DNA of 64,000 nucleotides from the NCBI RefSeq assembly GCF_009834535.1, contig NC_045697.1, positions 82,524,001 through 82,588,000 on the forward strand, read 5' to 3'. The notes under the pieces were generated by a model that saw nothing but the letters and a program-made list of their open reading frames with translations, was not told the DNA's origin and searched no databases. Made by a program: the position numbers and the translations under genes. This stretch comes from Camelus ferus (taxonomy: Eukaryota). This document shows, piece after piece, positions 28,013 to 41,453 of this stretch (within the stretch, counting starts at the first letter, position 1; the number at the start of each line of letters is the position of its first letter).

Positions 28013-29229
28013 TGTTAAGAGACCATTTTTTAAAGATTGTCTTATTACATTACATAATACCAGTATAGAGCAATGGATGATATGTCTCTAAACTTCCACG
28101 TTATTTCTAGGATATATTGTTAAGTGAAGAAAAAACACGATAGAAGATACATTCCAATTATTGAAGCTTATAATCAATAAAACGTCAAGAGAATAATTAT
28201 GTATACAAGAGTTTAACAAGATCATTGTATTTAAAAAATAAATTGATTTTAGTACTCATTTTCTACCACTTACAGTTGTATATTTTCTAAACAGTTTTAT
28301 AATCCATGTTCAGGGAATCTAATATTTATCTGAATGCATGACAATAAGATACATCTCCATATTATGTAAGAGTAGTGCCATTAATAGTATAAATATTTAT
28401 AAGATGTAACAATCCTGTCAAATATATTTTAAAATTTAATTTTCTAATTCTTCATAAAATTGAAAATTGTTCTTCTGAAAAATAGTGTAGCTCACACATA
28501 TGACCATCAATCACAACAAGAAAATGTTAATTTTCTGTATTTTAGGAAATATCTAGGATTATTAGAAGTGAAGAAATGTTAACCCATACTTTGTATTGTG
28601 GCATCTACAATCTGGCTACAATAATTCCCTGATTCATTGATGATTATAACAGTTTAAATATTATAATAGAAAATTGCTTGTCTTCTTTTTTGTTAGACTA
28701 TAGATATAAAGATAGAAAATATTATATCTATGCATTCCTATTAGAAAAAAAAAAGCTATTTGGTTGTTATTAAGAGATTATTCATTCAAAAGTTTAAGGA
28801 ATAAAGTGTTTGATTTAGAGCCTTCATATTGTAAACATTAAACTCTTATATGCTTGATATTATTGTTTCCAAGATAGTTTAAAAAGTAAAATATGCTCTT
28901 CTAATTTAACATTCTAGGGTCCCATAGATATAATTGCCTTCGTGGAGTTGTTTTTTCAGTCAAATCAATAAATGAACACCAGAGCTTACTATTAAAAGCA
29001 TGTGATTCATTGTATATTTCCAGAGGTCCATAATGCACATTTTCTTCACTATGAACATTCTATGAGACAATTTTAAATATTTCAGAATAAAATCTTGTCA
29101 CAAGGTATTTAGTTTATACATTTAATTTCAAATTCTTTTCACATCAAGGGGTTGGTTTATAAAGATGACCATACATAATTCTTGCCATAGTGTATCTCAG
29201 ATGTGACAGAGACCGACTCATGAACCCTG

Positions 29230-29568
29230 GACACACAAGGGAATGTCAGTTCCCAGTTTCCTTACACCCAGTTGGGGCTCTGTGGCAGCGTCTGTACATG
29301 CCTTCAAATCCCTGCACAGACTGTCGTTTCAGGGCATCTCCTTACAGGGGACCTTATGAGGGACACTGTGGAAGACCCTGCTGAGGGTCTGAAGGATGGA
29401 GAGTCATTAGCTGGAATGATCTTGGATGACCAAATCAGGTAGAAGAAAGTCCTCAAGAGAAATCTAATATATGTCAGACTAATGTGAGCAAGAAATAAAA
29501 CTGGATTGCATGCACTGTGAGATGTGGGACTGTTGGCTATTACAGTAGCAGCAGATATCCTAGTATGC
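29230..29568 (+). mobile_element. Old ERVL-MaLR (MLT1I/J-like) or LTR16/33-like solo LTR
   Basis: 'ttcccagtttccttacacccagttggggctctgtgg' and terminal 'atgtgagcaagaaataaaac...cactgtgagatgtgggactgtt..ttacagtagca'. Confidence 0.6.
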
Positions 29569-29849
29569 ATCAAATTTTATAAAACTCAATGATTTATTTT
29601 GTGTCTATGTACGATTGTGTTGTCATTTAAAAGCACGTTTTTGAAATATAACCTTAATCCTTACAAGAAAAAAAAAGGAAGAGTTTGAAGGTAATATAAT
29701 GTAACCAGAAATCATCAGTGTTTATAACAAGCATGTTATCTTTGAGGCCACAACAATAGCATCAAAAACATGTGTACATAAATGTTTTAAAAAGCTTCTT
29801 TACTGGGTAGATGGATGGCTAAAATATCTAGATATGAGATACAATATGT

Positions 29850-29960
29850 TTTGTGAGAGCAGGTACGTAGTCCACATTATTTACTGTAATATCCATACTA
29901 TTTAATACAGTGCCAGCACATAAAAGGTGCTCTAAAACATCTGAATAAACAAGTGAATAA
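29850..29960 (+). mobile_element. L2 3' end
   Basis: 'tgagagcagg...tacagtgccagcacataaaaggtgctctaaaacatctgaataaacaagtgaat'. Confidence 0.6.
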
Positions 29961-29983
29961 AATATTGGGTAATCTTTTGCATT

Positions 29984-30341
29984 TTTAATTGAAGAATAGT
30001 TGATTTACAATGTTGCATTACTTTCTGGTATACAGAATAGTGATTCAGTTATACATATATATATATTCTTTTTCATATTCTTTTCTACTTTAGGTTATTA
30101 CAAGCTACTGAATATAGTTCCCTGGGCTATACTGTAGGAACTTGTTGTTTATCTGTTCTGTATATAGTAGTTAGTATCTGCAGATCCCGAACTCCCAATT
30201 TATCCCTCCACCCCCATTCCCCTTTAGTAACCGTAAGTTTATTTTCTACGTCTGTGAATCTCTTTTGTAAATAAGTTCATTTGAATCATTTTTTTAGATT
30301 CCACATTAAGTGATATTATATGATGTTTGTCTTTCTCTGGA
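29984..30341 (-). mobile_element. Short L1 3' UTR insertion (camelid/cetartiodactyl-type)
   Basis: Antisense of the 21459 and 21900 3' UTRs; 13-bp TSD aatcttttgcatt at 29971-29983 and 30342-30354. Confidence 0.92.
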
Positions 30342-31789
30342 AATCTTTTGCATTCTCAATATTTTGCCTGCTACATTGGGCAACCAACATTCAGCTAGGT
30401 TTACTAAACAAAAGATAATTCGTTACAGTGGGTTAAAAACCAGCTCACACTGAGGCTATAAAATGGGAATAAACAAGTAAAAGTTTTCAGGGGACAGAAA
30501 CAAAACAACTTAAAAACCCCAAACTATTATTTCTCATTTTTATTATGTAGAAGTTATTTTTCTGGATAAAGAACCTAATGTTATAACTAAATCTCTACTA
30601 AGGAATGAAATTTTTAGTGAAAACAATGCTCTAATACAGAATTTTCATACTAAACATATTAATTTCATTATTACTAATCAACAAAATAATCTGTTTTGTT
30701 TTCAATTTAGCCTCTGTGATTAAAATCTGGGTTTCTTTGTGAAACAGCTATTCCATAGGTATTTTATGCTTCATGCAAAGGGAAATCCTCTGATTTTGAG
30801 GTATGTGCATATTGCTATTTCAGGATTATCAAAAAAACTCCCCCCAAAGCAAAAATAATGTGGTATGAAAAATAAAATGATCTGCAGAAATTTCATTCCT
30901 TAACCTGAACTCCTGGTCTAGCCCATATACATCTGCAGTCAAGGTCATCTCCACCTTAGCCACAAAGCTATTCATGTTCTCGTTGTATCTTGTAAATTAT
31001 TTTTTCAACATTAACCTTCTTAAGAACTTTCTATTTACTGTAGAAACTCTTTGCTACTTTATCACCTACATCACATAGTTCAAATACTGGAGGGAAAATG
31101 AGTTTAAGGGACATAAAAGCAAATCTAAGGTGGCAGTTTTATTTTTTCTGAAGCTTCAGGGATTTTTGTCTGTGTATAGTGTTCAGGATGAGAAGCATTA
31201 GGCTCCTAAGTATTCAGAGCAGCATAAATGAAGGGAATTATTCAGGCAATTATTGAAAAAGGATTAGTGGTAAAATTAGGAGAAACTGCGTGCCTCTGTA
31301 CTTGCTGATTACTCTACACCCTCTACTGCCTGAGTGACAAAGATAACGTGTCTCCGCACCGAGCCTCGTGAAGCCGTTGAAAAAGCCCGAGCGGTCCTCA
31401 GTCAGCTATCAGAGTGAAGTAACCATTAGTGAAGCAACAGAGTATGACGGCTTTATTCTTCTCATCTGCACAAAAAAAATCTATCAAAAACATCAGTACG
31501 TATAACCCTGGTTGAGCACTGTCAGTAGTTTTTACAGATAATTAGAAAACAAGTTTTAAACGTTTAAAATGGCAATGCTATTTAATAGGATAGCCAGTAA
31601 ATCCAGGCTCTAAAGATATTTTGCACCATTCTGCTTTTATCTTTCTAGAAAAGAACTCTAAAATACCTGTTACATAAAACTACTGTTAAATGAGCTAGCA
31701 ACAACTTCCTGAAAGGGAAAAAGGAAAACACGACAAACACGGGGTTTAATTACACGCAGAAAATGGAGACAGCACAACTTGCTCTCTTA

Positions 31790-31890
31790 GTGATGAATTC
31801 AGTCGACCCTGTGGAGTCATTGCTGTTACAATCCTCATTACAAAGGGGGGAACTGAGGCAGACAGAGATGCAGAAGTGAAGTCACAGTCT
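31790..31890 (-). mobile_element. MIR core fragment
   Basis: 'accctgtggag...atcctcattacaaaggggggaactgaggcagacagag...gtcacag'. Confidence 0.6.
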
Positions 31891-31997
31891 ACTTGCCATT
31901 CTCCCTCCACCAATTTCCTTGCATTTTCTCCTTTGTATCTACGTTGTTGGTCCTTTTAACTTTATTTGGGTACCCTGACAAGCTGTTTTTAGTTATG

Positions 31998-32189
31998 GGA
32001 AAGGTCTAAACTATTATATACAGAATGGGTAAACAATAAGGTCCTGCTGTATAGCACAGGCGATTATGTTCAAGAGCTTATAATAACCTATAATGACAAA
32101 AACATGAAAAAGAATATATATAACTGAATCACTATGCTGCACACCAGAAACTAACACATTGTAAATCAACTATGCTTCAGTAAAAAAAA
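31998..32189 (+). mobile_element. Short L1 3' end
   Basis: 'aaacaataaggtcctgctgtatagcacagg...caccagaaactaacacattgtaaatcaactatgcttcagtaaaaaaaa'. Confidence 0.88.
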
Positions 32190-33205
32190 GTCAGCTATTA
32201 AGAAAAAATAACATTATTTCATGCATCCATCCATCCAGTTGTGCATTTATAGTGAACAGCAAGTATGAGAATGGGTGTGTGTTAGTATGTGCATTGCATT
32301 TGGTACATGGATATAACACAGACTGGCTATCAGAACAGCAAAGCCATCAAAGCAGAACAGGACACAGTAGCCACTACAATTAGGAACCAATTACATACCT
32401 ACCTACAAACGCACATCATAGGACCCATGAGTGCTTCTCATAAAAACACATGTGGGTCACATGGGAGATACAGGCAATCTGAAGACATTGTAAGTGAAAA
32501 GGAAAGACTGGGAACTTCACCAGTGACAACCGGCATGTGCAGGGGAGGTGTGGAGAGGGAGACCTGCCTGAGGATGCTATCGTGAGAAGCCCTAGCAGGG
32601 CTCTCTAATGGACCACAAAAGCACTCAGCCTACCCACAATCCTATCAATCATCTACCAAGTCAGAATTTTTCTAAACTACTCTTATAGTGCTTCTCATTT
32701 CCCGTTTGGACCCTACTGAGATTAAAAACAATCATCTCCTTACGGAGGGAGAAGACGCGTATAGAAAGAAAGCAGGCACCTTCTACATCCTCTTCCTCAG
32801 GAGGCAGGCGGCTGCCATCTGCAGTTGAATGATGCCAGCTACAAATGGAAAGTTATTCGAATATAAATATTGGGGGTAATTAGTATCTTCGATTTTGACA
32901 CTTCTAATTTCTGAGATGACGCTGTGTTTTAGGAGTTAAATTACGTACAGCAATGAATACAGTGTTCTACCAGTGGCATAGAGAAAGCACTTACCACCAA
33001 ATAAATTTTTAATAGAGCAGTGAAAGAAACAATGTTTTTATTTTATCCTCCACATTGTGGTTAATCAACAGTCAAGTTGCATATAGTTCTTATGTTTGAT
33101 AAATCTAAAATTTCTTTGAATATACGCAGGTTATCTTATAGTGTGTACATTTAATATTTTAGTTACACTTTGTCATGTTTTCACTTCAATTTTTCTAATT
33201 CCCAT

Positions 33206-33208
<3 letters not shown>

Positions 33209-33242
<34 letters not shown>
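33209..33242. repeat. Poly(T)34 tract
   Basis: Read directly. Confidence 0.95.
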
Positions 33243-33246
<4 letters not shown>

Positions 33247-33539
33247 TTTTTCCTCAGTTGCCTCAAGTTACACTTCTAGGCACCTGGTAAGTAGATCTAC
33301 TTCAATAGATTGGGAAGATTTTTTTTTTCTCTGCATTATGCCTAGGATATAAACTATTTCATACATTTGTTTCTACCTGTACTTTATTTTTAAAATTGAA
33401 AAAAAGGGAAGGAAGGAGAGGGGATATGTTACTTTCTCATTCATCTAGCCAAAACCCTTTATGTAGTTAAACTTTCCTGACCTTCCCATATCAATCATCT
33501 AGATAAGGTTCCAAAACACACCACATGTAGGTGAATAAG

Positions 33540-34650
33540 GTGACACATTGGGATGCTGAACAAAAACTTCACTCCACATTTTAACTGTAATGTTCAGATC
33601 TTCATCTTCAGCAAATTACTTTGTCTTTTCTACTAGCTATTAAGGGATATATTAAAGGCTCCCATTGTGACCATTTTTGAGTTTACTTTTTCATGCTTTT
33701 GAGCCACATTTTGGTGCACACAGATTTTGAGTTGAAAAACTGTTGAGCGATAGATCTGTGGTCACTGTAAAATGGCCCTTTGTATGTCTACTGGTGCTTC
33801 TTGCCCCTTCAAAACTCTTCACCTGACACTTGTATAAATCACACCAACTCTCTTTGGATAGTGTTTGGTGGCATAATTTTAGTATTAATTGACTTTTAAT
33901 GTAGTTGTTCGTATATTTAATGTCCATTTCTTAAGCAATGTATAGTTAGAACAATTATATCAATCAATCAGTCATCTGAAGTGTTCATTACTTTAAAAAT
34001 AATTTCTGATATAAGTGTGCATATGTCTACAATTACACTGTTTTCCATTTGACCTTTTTGTGTGCTTTTGTCTTTTTGTATTGTCTTTAATTAATCAAAG
34101 AGCTACTATTCATTTTTCCTCTTAAAATACATTTTGCTATTCTTTTAGTTGTTTCATTCAGCTTACTATAGACTTCACTGACTTATTAAATCCTCTAATA
34201 AAATAATTATTGTGACTGTTTCTGCAAAGAACACCTCATCCATTCCAGCTTCTTTCACATTATTTTTTGACTATTGATGACACTCTATTATTGTTTCCTA
34301 TAGTCAGCACTTCAACATTAATTCAAAACTTCCCAAATATCTGTCCCCTCTTTTGGCCTTTATTCCATTCTGTAATTCAGTGTTTACCCCTGGATCATTT
34401 ACATTCAGCCTGAGGAATTACCTTTATTATTTAAGTACACTTTTGCCATTGACAGATTATGTCAATTTTTAACTTTTATTTTAGGAATGAGACTTCATTT
34501 CACCTTGATTTTTGAAGGATGTATTGTACATAGAATTCTAGGCTAAAAATGATTTTCTTTTTTTTTTTTTTTACTTCATATGTCACTTTATTTTCTTCTG
34601 GCTTCTAACTTTGATCTGTTAAAAACATTAGCTGTCAGTTGTTTCTCACA
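33540..34650 (-). mobile_element. Ancient L1 (L1ME/L1M5-like) ORF1 3' end, spacer and endonuclease remnant
   Basis: Antisense 'cacaccaactctctttggatagtgtttg' (EN-like) and 'ttcaccttgatttttgaaggat...atagaattctaggct' (ORF1-like). Confidence 0.65.
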
Positions 34651-34692
34651 TGTCCCCCAGTCCTGATTTGCATATTTTATGTAGTTAATACA

Positions 34693-34904
34693 CTATAGTT
34701 CTCATTCTGAGAGACTTGGTCCCACAGGACTTTCAGGATTGCTGAGACACATTTTTGGTTGTCACAGCAAGAGATTGCTGCTGGCACCTAGTGGACAGAG
34801 ACCAGCAATGCTGCTAAACATGCCACTCAATGAATGCACTAGATGCCCCCACACAACAGATTTTCCAGCCCAAAACATCAAAGTGCAGAAGCTGAAAAAC
34901 ACTG
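34693..34904 (+). mobile_element. MER20 (hAT-Charlie non-autonomous DNA transposon)
   Basis: 'gagacacatttttggttgtcacagc...ctgctggcacctagtggacagagaccagcaatgctgctaaaca...ccagcccaaaacatcaaagtgcagaagctgaaaaacactg' matches recalled MER20; ~210 bp. Confidence 0.88.
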
Positions 34905-34964
34905 TTACAGTACTTACCATAGATTTGAATTCCTCAAATTATCTAAATTATCTGAATTCCTAGA

Positions 34965-35572
34965 AAGGATGTAATTGACACGCTGCACAGTGTAAGTTTA
35001 AAGCATGCAGCATGATGATCTGACTTACACTGTGAAATGATTACACAGTAAGTTTACTGAACATCCATCATCTCACATAGATACAAACTAAAGAAACAGA
35101 AAAAAAATTTTGCTTGTGATGAGAACTCTCTTAACAGCTTTCATATAACATAACAGCAGTGTTTATTTTATTTACCATGTTGTACATTATATCCCTAGTA
35201 CCGAGTGACTTTTCTAAAATTTAATTTTTTTATTGAAGTGTAGTTGATTTACAGGGTTTCAGGTTTATAGCAAAGTGATTCAGTTATATATTTGTATTCT
35301 TTTTTCAGATTCTTTTCGATTTTAGGTTATTACAAGATACTGAATATAGTTCACTGTGCTATACAGTGGGTACTTGTTTACCTATTTTACCTATGGTAGA
35401 ATCTGTTACTACCAAATTCCAAACTGATTTTACAACTGGAAATTTTATCTTTTGACTGCCTTCAGCCAATTCCCTCTCCTAAGCCCCTGCCACTGGTAGT
35501 AATAAATCTGATCGCTTTTTTAATGTGTTTATTTTTGAAGTATGCTTGACCTACAGCACTGTGTTAGTACCT
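34965..35572 (-). mobile_element. L1 3' end (L1MA9/artiodactyl-like) with a younger L1 3' fragment nested at ~35220-35425
   Basis: Host 'tgtgatgagaactc...ccatgttgtacattatatccctagta' resumes at 'tttacaactggaaattttatcttttgact'; insert 'tttttattgaagtgtagttgattt...ggttattacaagatactgaatatagttc'. Confidence 0.85.
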
Positions 35573-38500
35573 CTAGTTTGGTTTTTATAAGCCTCTAAAG
35601 GAAAAGTTTTCTAGGAAAATTACATTTTCAAAAGTAACTATTTTCCTCCAAAAAATATGATTATGTGAATGTACAGATAGAAATCAGCAGAAGAGCAGTT
35701 TAGATTAGAATTTTAAAGGAAAAGAGATTCTAGAATCAAGCTAAGACAACAGAGTCCATGAAGTTCCTTCAGTATGTTAATACACAAGCTGCTGAAGCAA
35801 AGACGTTCAAGTCAGAAGCATAAGTCGGCTACAAGATGCCACCTGCGTATAGTTGATTCTCTAGAATTGAGACTTTAAATTTACAGTCAAGCTGGGAAGT
35901 AACTATGAAAATCTTTTGTAAACCAAAGGCTTATGAATCATTACTCTGGAAATATTTTAAGATAACATGAATTTGTTGAACTTATGAATTTGTTCATCTT
36001 TCCTACGTCAAAAAATCCCTATCACTTACATACTTTCTACCCTGCAGGTTGCATAAAACCAAGTAATATAAAACAAACATTTAACACCCTTTCAGGAGAA
36101 TGGTAGCATTTAACGATCTGTAAGAAAGTAATTGCTTTTTGAAACAGAATGAGGCTAATAGAGATTTTTCAAAATTACAGTTCGGAAGTTTTGAATTAGT
36201 ATGGTATTTGTTGAAAATATGCATGTAAATTTTATAAGTAAAATGTAACATTTTAAAGTTGCAAATTTTTTATACCAGCTGACATTCATAAACATGGGAA
36301 TTTACCAGCTGAATTTCAACAAATGCCAACAACACAATTTTGTTTAACTGGTAGATTTTGACAGTGTATACCACAATTTAATAGGGGCTGCAGACAATGA
36401 CCACTTCTTGGATACACCTAAATTGTGAGTTAATTTTTCCTGTGATGGCAATCATTAAAAATCCCATAATAACAGAAGTAAACTTAGTACCAGATACTCA
36501 AACCACTGCATGAAGATTTGCTATAATAATGAATACATTCCATCTTGTTTCTCTTATTAGTAATACCACAAAATTTTCTATGCATTAATAAAACAGAAAA
36601 CATTTGGAAATATTTACCTTTAGTTTACTTTTATGAAATTTATAATTTTATCCATGTTTTCAAATATGCATACATCAGTTTAGTATCTCTAATATATGAA
36701 TGTATGGTTTATGTATGTATGTATCTACAGAAGCATGTTCAACTTACAGATGTGTGTGATATAGGGCACCAAACTTAAACACTGTATTTTTGTCCAACCA
36801 GAAAGTAAACATCACAGATAAAGGCAAATTGGCTATACAGTTTTTGGCCTATTATACTGTGGAAAACTTCTATCAGTATTCTGGAAGATCAAAAACTGGC
36901 AAGTGATATTGAGAAGAGCTCAGTACTAAGCTATATCTGTTTTATATAGTCCTTGTGTCCAAATGTTAGTTTAATATAAACTAAAATGTATATATATTAA
37001 AGCACTGCTTTCACTTAGAAAAAGATGAGGCAAACATAATTTGTTGTCATTATACCAAGCTAATATTATTACTGAGCTTTTTGCTCCTAAGATCTGAGGT
37101 GAAAGCTCAAGTAGATAGAACACGGCTGCTTTTCATAAACCTACTGATGCATATTTTACATACTTTTATAAAACCACATAGTTTATTTTTCCAGAATATT
37201 GGTTTCAGGAATGCAGGTGATAGTCTTATTGAATCCTATTTGCTGTTCGTTTTTAACCTATTGGGGAACTGAGTTTTAAAAATTATTATTTATTGTTCTT
37301 TCCACTCTCATTTAAAAAGTGCATAAAATAATGACACCCCAATTTCTTGAAATCAGAATATCAGTTAAAAAATATATATATATATATATAAAACTGGCTG
37401 ATACTAAGGGTAGACATAAGCCAAAACAAACATTCTAAGAGTTTTGCATTTGTTAATAATTCTACTGTGGAACATTTGAAACCCTACACTGGATAAGTAA
37501 TGCAATAAAGATTGAAATTCCCCTTCATGTTTATGACCCATTTAGTCTGAACTGAAAATGCAGCAAAGTATCCAATTCTTTACCCCCAAATTATATGCTA
37601 AATACTATCTTAATGTGTAGTAAATTACACTGAACAACTAGTTCATATCTAAAATACTAAATTACTACCTCAGGAAATGCAGAGAAAATGTTAACATTTC
37701 TCACAGACATGCTTTTTAAATATAAATAGCTATTATGCAATCTTTACTGGATCTTCTGTTTTTACGTTTTAAAACCCAAGGTATATGGAGAAACATATAG
37801 AGTAGAAAGAAATGCTATTCCCTATAGTTTCTAAATAACTTGCTATAGGGTATAATAAAGCTTCAATTAAGTTTTGTTGCCTATTTCTTTATGTTCGTAA
37901 GAGTATTGACCTAGAGTAAGTATCTATGTGTTTCCTCGTATTAGTATAGCGATTCAACAAATGTATCAAATGCACAAGCAGGTTAAGATCTCGTTTTGAG
38001 GTGGTGGTGGATAACTAAGTATCAGTGCAAAAAATAATAAGCATTAGCAGGTTACAGCCTGGCAGCTGCATATAAGGTGAGGTAGAGGTTCATGGGGTAG
38101 TTGGGTAGCATCAAGTGATACAGAAGGAAAACCTTTAAGAACAGTAATGGATTTTATGTCATTTAAAATTGTTTCCTCTTCTGTGCTCTTCCATACTTCT
38201 TTCCTTTTAATTAGGAATGGAACATTCAATAAAAGTCTATCCTATAGAATATTCATGTATCTCAGTGGTAGGGAAACACAGAAGGTTTGGAACAGGGCAA
38301 GATATTTAGGCTACTGGAGTTATAACAAAGAAAAGCGTTATTTAAAATGAAGCTTTTTAAGACTCAACATCTGTATTGTAATTTTCTATTTCTTATTATT
38401 TATCCTTCAATTGTGTTAAAAACCAAGACAGATTATTCACTGTGTATTTTCCTTTGTAGCTTAAAAATTCATATATTGTGTTTTCTCTGAAATTTTTTTC

Positions 38501-38807
38501 CATAAAGAAACTTGTTATATATTTATTTTAAACTGTTTGTGTGGGATTTCCTATTTTCTGAATTGTTTAGAGAAACAAAATTTACATTTAAAGTCATAGA
38601 CATTTAAGATCATTTAAAGTAACTCAGAAGTAAGGAAGCTACTAAAGGAAAGGAAGGTAGATAATACAGAGCAGAATGACACTGATATGCCATAAAAGAA
38701 GCAAAAGTGGGAAAATGTTTATTAATAAAGATCTTAAAATTATTGTATTTAACATATTCTGCAATGAGAGTGGAATTTTCCTGGCAAAATTTTGCATCAG
38801 TACTTAA

Positions 38808-41390
38808 TCAAACAGTGTAAAAAAGATTTCTACACCATGACCATTTGAGATTTATACCAAATATGTAATACTGGTTCAACATTCAAAAATCAAGTAACAC
38901 AATCCATCACATCAACAGATTAAAGAAAAAATCACATAATCATATCAATAGATGGAGAAAATTGTTTCACAAAATCCAACACCCATTCATGATAAAAACT
39001 CAGTAAACTTGGGATAGAGGGCAACTTTCTCAACTTGACATAGAATAGCTCCAGAAAACCTCCAGAAAACCTACAACTAATAGATAACATTATGGTAAGA
39101 AACTTGAAGCTTTCCCACTAAGATCAAGTACAAGGTAACAATGGCTTGTATCACCACTCCTTTACAACATCATACTAGAAGTCATAGCTAATTCTATAAA
39201 AGAAGAAAAAATATATATAAGTTGGGAAGGAAGAAATAAAACTGACTTTGTTTGCATATGGCATGATCACCTATGTAGAAAAAAGTCCTGGAACTAATAA
39301 ACAAATTATAACAAGGTTGCAGGATGAAAGATTAATATCACAAAAGTTAACCACTTTTGAGAAGTGAACTAAATTAAAAACACAGTATCATATATATAGC
39401 AACCAAAATGATTAAATACTTGGGCATAAATGTAACAAAAAGATCTGTATTAGAAAAAAAATTAAACTCTGGTGAAAGAAACTAAATTCATGAATAGGCA
39501 GACCAAATATTGTCAGAATCTCAGTTCTTCCCAAAATGATCTATAGAGTCTACATCATCCAAAGCAAGATCCCAGCAAGTTATTTTGTGGATATTGACAA
39601 TCTAATTCTAAAGTTTATATGGAGAGGCCCTAGACCCAGAATGGCCAACACAGTATTGAAAGGAGAAGAGCAAAGTCAGAGGACTGGCACTGCCTGACTT
39701 CACAACTTATTAAAAGCTACAGAGGGGAGGGTATAGCTCATGTGGCAGAGCGCATGCTTAGCATGCATGAGGTCCTGGGTTCAATCCTCAGTAACTCCAT
39801 TTAAAAAAAAATAAAGAAATTAAAATAAATAAGTAAATACACCTAATTACTTCCCTCCTCACCAAAAAATAAAATAAAAGCTACAGTAATTAAGACAGAG
39901 TGCTATTGGCAAAAAGCTGACAAACAGATCAATGGAATAGAAAAGCCCAGAATTAGACCCAGATACACACATCAACTGATTTTTGACAAAAGAACAAAGG
40001 CAGTACAATGAAGCAAAGATACTCTTTTCAACAAATTGTGCTGAAACAACCAGACATTCATGTGCAAAAACAAACAAAAAAAACCCAAAAAACCTAGACA
40101 CAGAACTCATAACCCTTCAGAAGTTTAACTTGGTATATATCACAGACCTAAATGTAAAACACAAAATTCTAGACCTCCTAGAAGATAACAGGAGAAATCC
40201 TAGATGACTTTGCATATGACAAAGACTCTTTATATACAATGTGGGAGACATAATCCAGAAAAGAATTTGTAAGTGGAAATTCATTAAGATTAATAACTTC
40301 TCTATAAAATACAAACCATAGACTAGAATAGAAATCGTTGCAAAAGACATTTGATACATGTTTGTTGTCTAAAATATAAAAAGAATACTTAAATCTCAAC
40401 AATAAGAAAACAACTGATTAAAAAATAAGCAAAAGACCCGGATATCTCACCAAAGAAGGTATGTAGACAGAAAACAAGCATATGAAAACAAGCAGATGCT
40501 CAACACCATGCATCATGCGGGAAACGCCAGTTACACAACACTGACATATTCACTTATGAGAATGGACAAGGTCCAGAACAATGACAACACTGAGTGCTGG
40601 TGAGGCTATGAAACAACAAAAAGTCTCATTCTTTCCTGGTGTGAATGCAAAATGGTACAGCCATTTAAGATAATGTGACTATTTCTTACAAAACTAACTA
40701 TATTATGCAGTAATTTCTCTCCTTGATACTTAAGCAAATGAGTTAAAAAGTTACATTCAAACAAAACCTGCACATGTATGTTTAGGGTAGCCTTATTCAT
40801 AATTGTTACATCTTAGGAGCAAGACACCCCTCAGTAGTGGACAAATTAACCATGGTATACATCCAGCGAGACAGTATTCAGTACTAATAAGCAATGATTT
40901 ATCAAGCTACGAAAAAAAGACATGGAGGAATCTTAAATGCATATTACTAAGTGAAATAAGCCAATCTGAAAGGGCTGCATACTGTATGATTCCAATTGTA
41001 TGACATTCTGGGAAAAGCAAAACTACAGAGATAGTAAAAGCATCAGTGGTTGCCAGGGGAGTGGGAAGATGGGGCGAAGGATAAATAGGTGAAGTACAGG
41101 GAATTTTTACGCACTGAAACTATTCTGTAGGATGCTATAGTGATAGACACGTCACACATGTGTCAAAACTACAGAATGTACAACACCAAGAGTGAACCCT
41201 GATGTAAACTGTGGACTTTGGGTGATAATGATGTCTCTATGTAGCTTCATTGATTCTAACAAGTGCACCACCCTAGTAAGGTAGTGTGGGAGGCTGTGCA
41301 TGTGTGTGGAGAGGGAGGGTATGGGAAATGTTTCTGCCTCCACTTAGTTTTGCTGTTAACCTAAAACATCTCTAAAAATAGTCTATTAAC
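38808..41390 (+). mobile_element. L1MC1/2-like LINE-1 (ORF2 RT region to 3' UTR), interrupted by a SINE
   Basis: Decayed RT motif LTLFAYGMITYVE near 39242; 3' UTR 'gacatggaggaatcttaaatgcatattactaagtgaaataagccaatctgaaagggctgcatactgtatgattccaa'. Confidence 0.9.
39723..39874 (+). mobile_element. tRNA-Ala-derived SINE (camelid Vic-1 type)
   Basis: Head 'ggggagggtatagctcatgtggcagagcgcatgcttagcatgcatgaggtcctgggttcaatcc' with Pol III A box (tagctcatgtgg) and B box (ggttcaatcc); A-rich tail with 'cctaattacttccc'; 12-bp TSD taaaagctacag at 39711-39722 and 39875-39886. Confidence 0.9.
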
Positions 41391-41399
41391 AAAAACAAC

Positions 41400-41453
41400 A
41401 ACAAACAGATGGCAGGCTAAATTTGGCCAGCAGCAATAGTTGGCTGTCTCCTG
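41400..41453 (+). mobile_element. MER58-like hAT terminal fragment
   Basis: 'ggcaggctaaatttggccagcagcaatagttggctgtctcctg' resembles the MER58A end. Confidence 0.55.

Noticed and set aside
36030..36117. Minus-strand exon-like unit (ttcttacag|...|gtaagt)
   Set aside because: 88 nt with stops in all three frames and no other support
39724..39796. tRNA-Ala gene
   Set aside because: tRNA-like head is followed by a SINE body, A tail and TSD, so it is a SINE and not a tRNA gene
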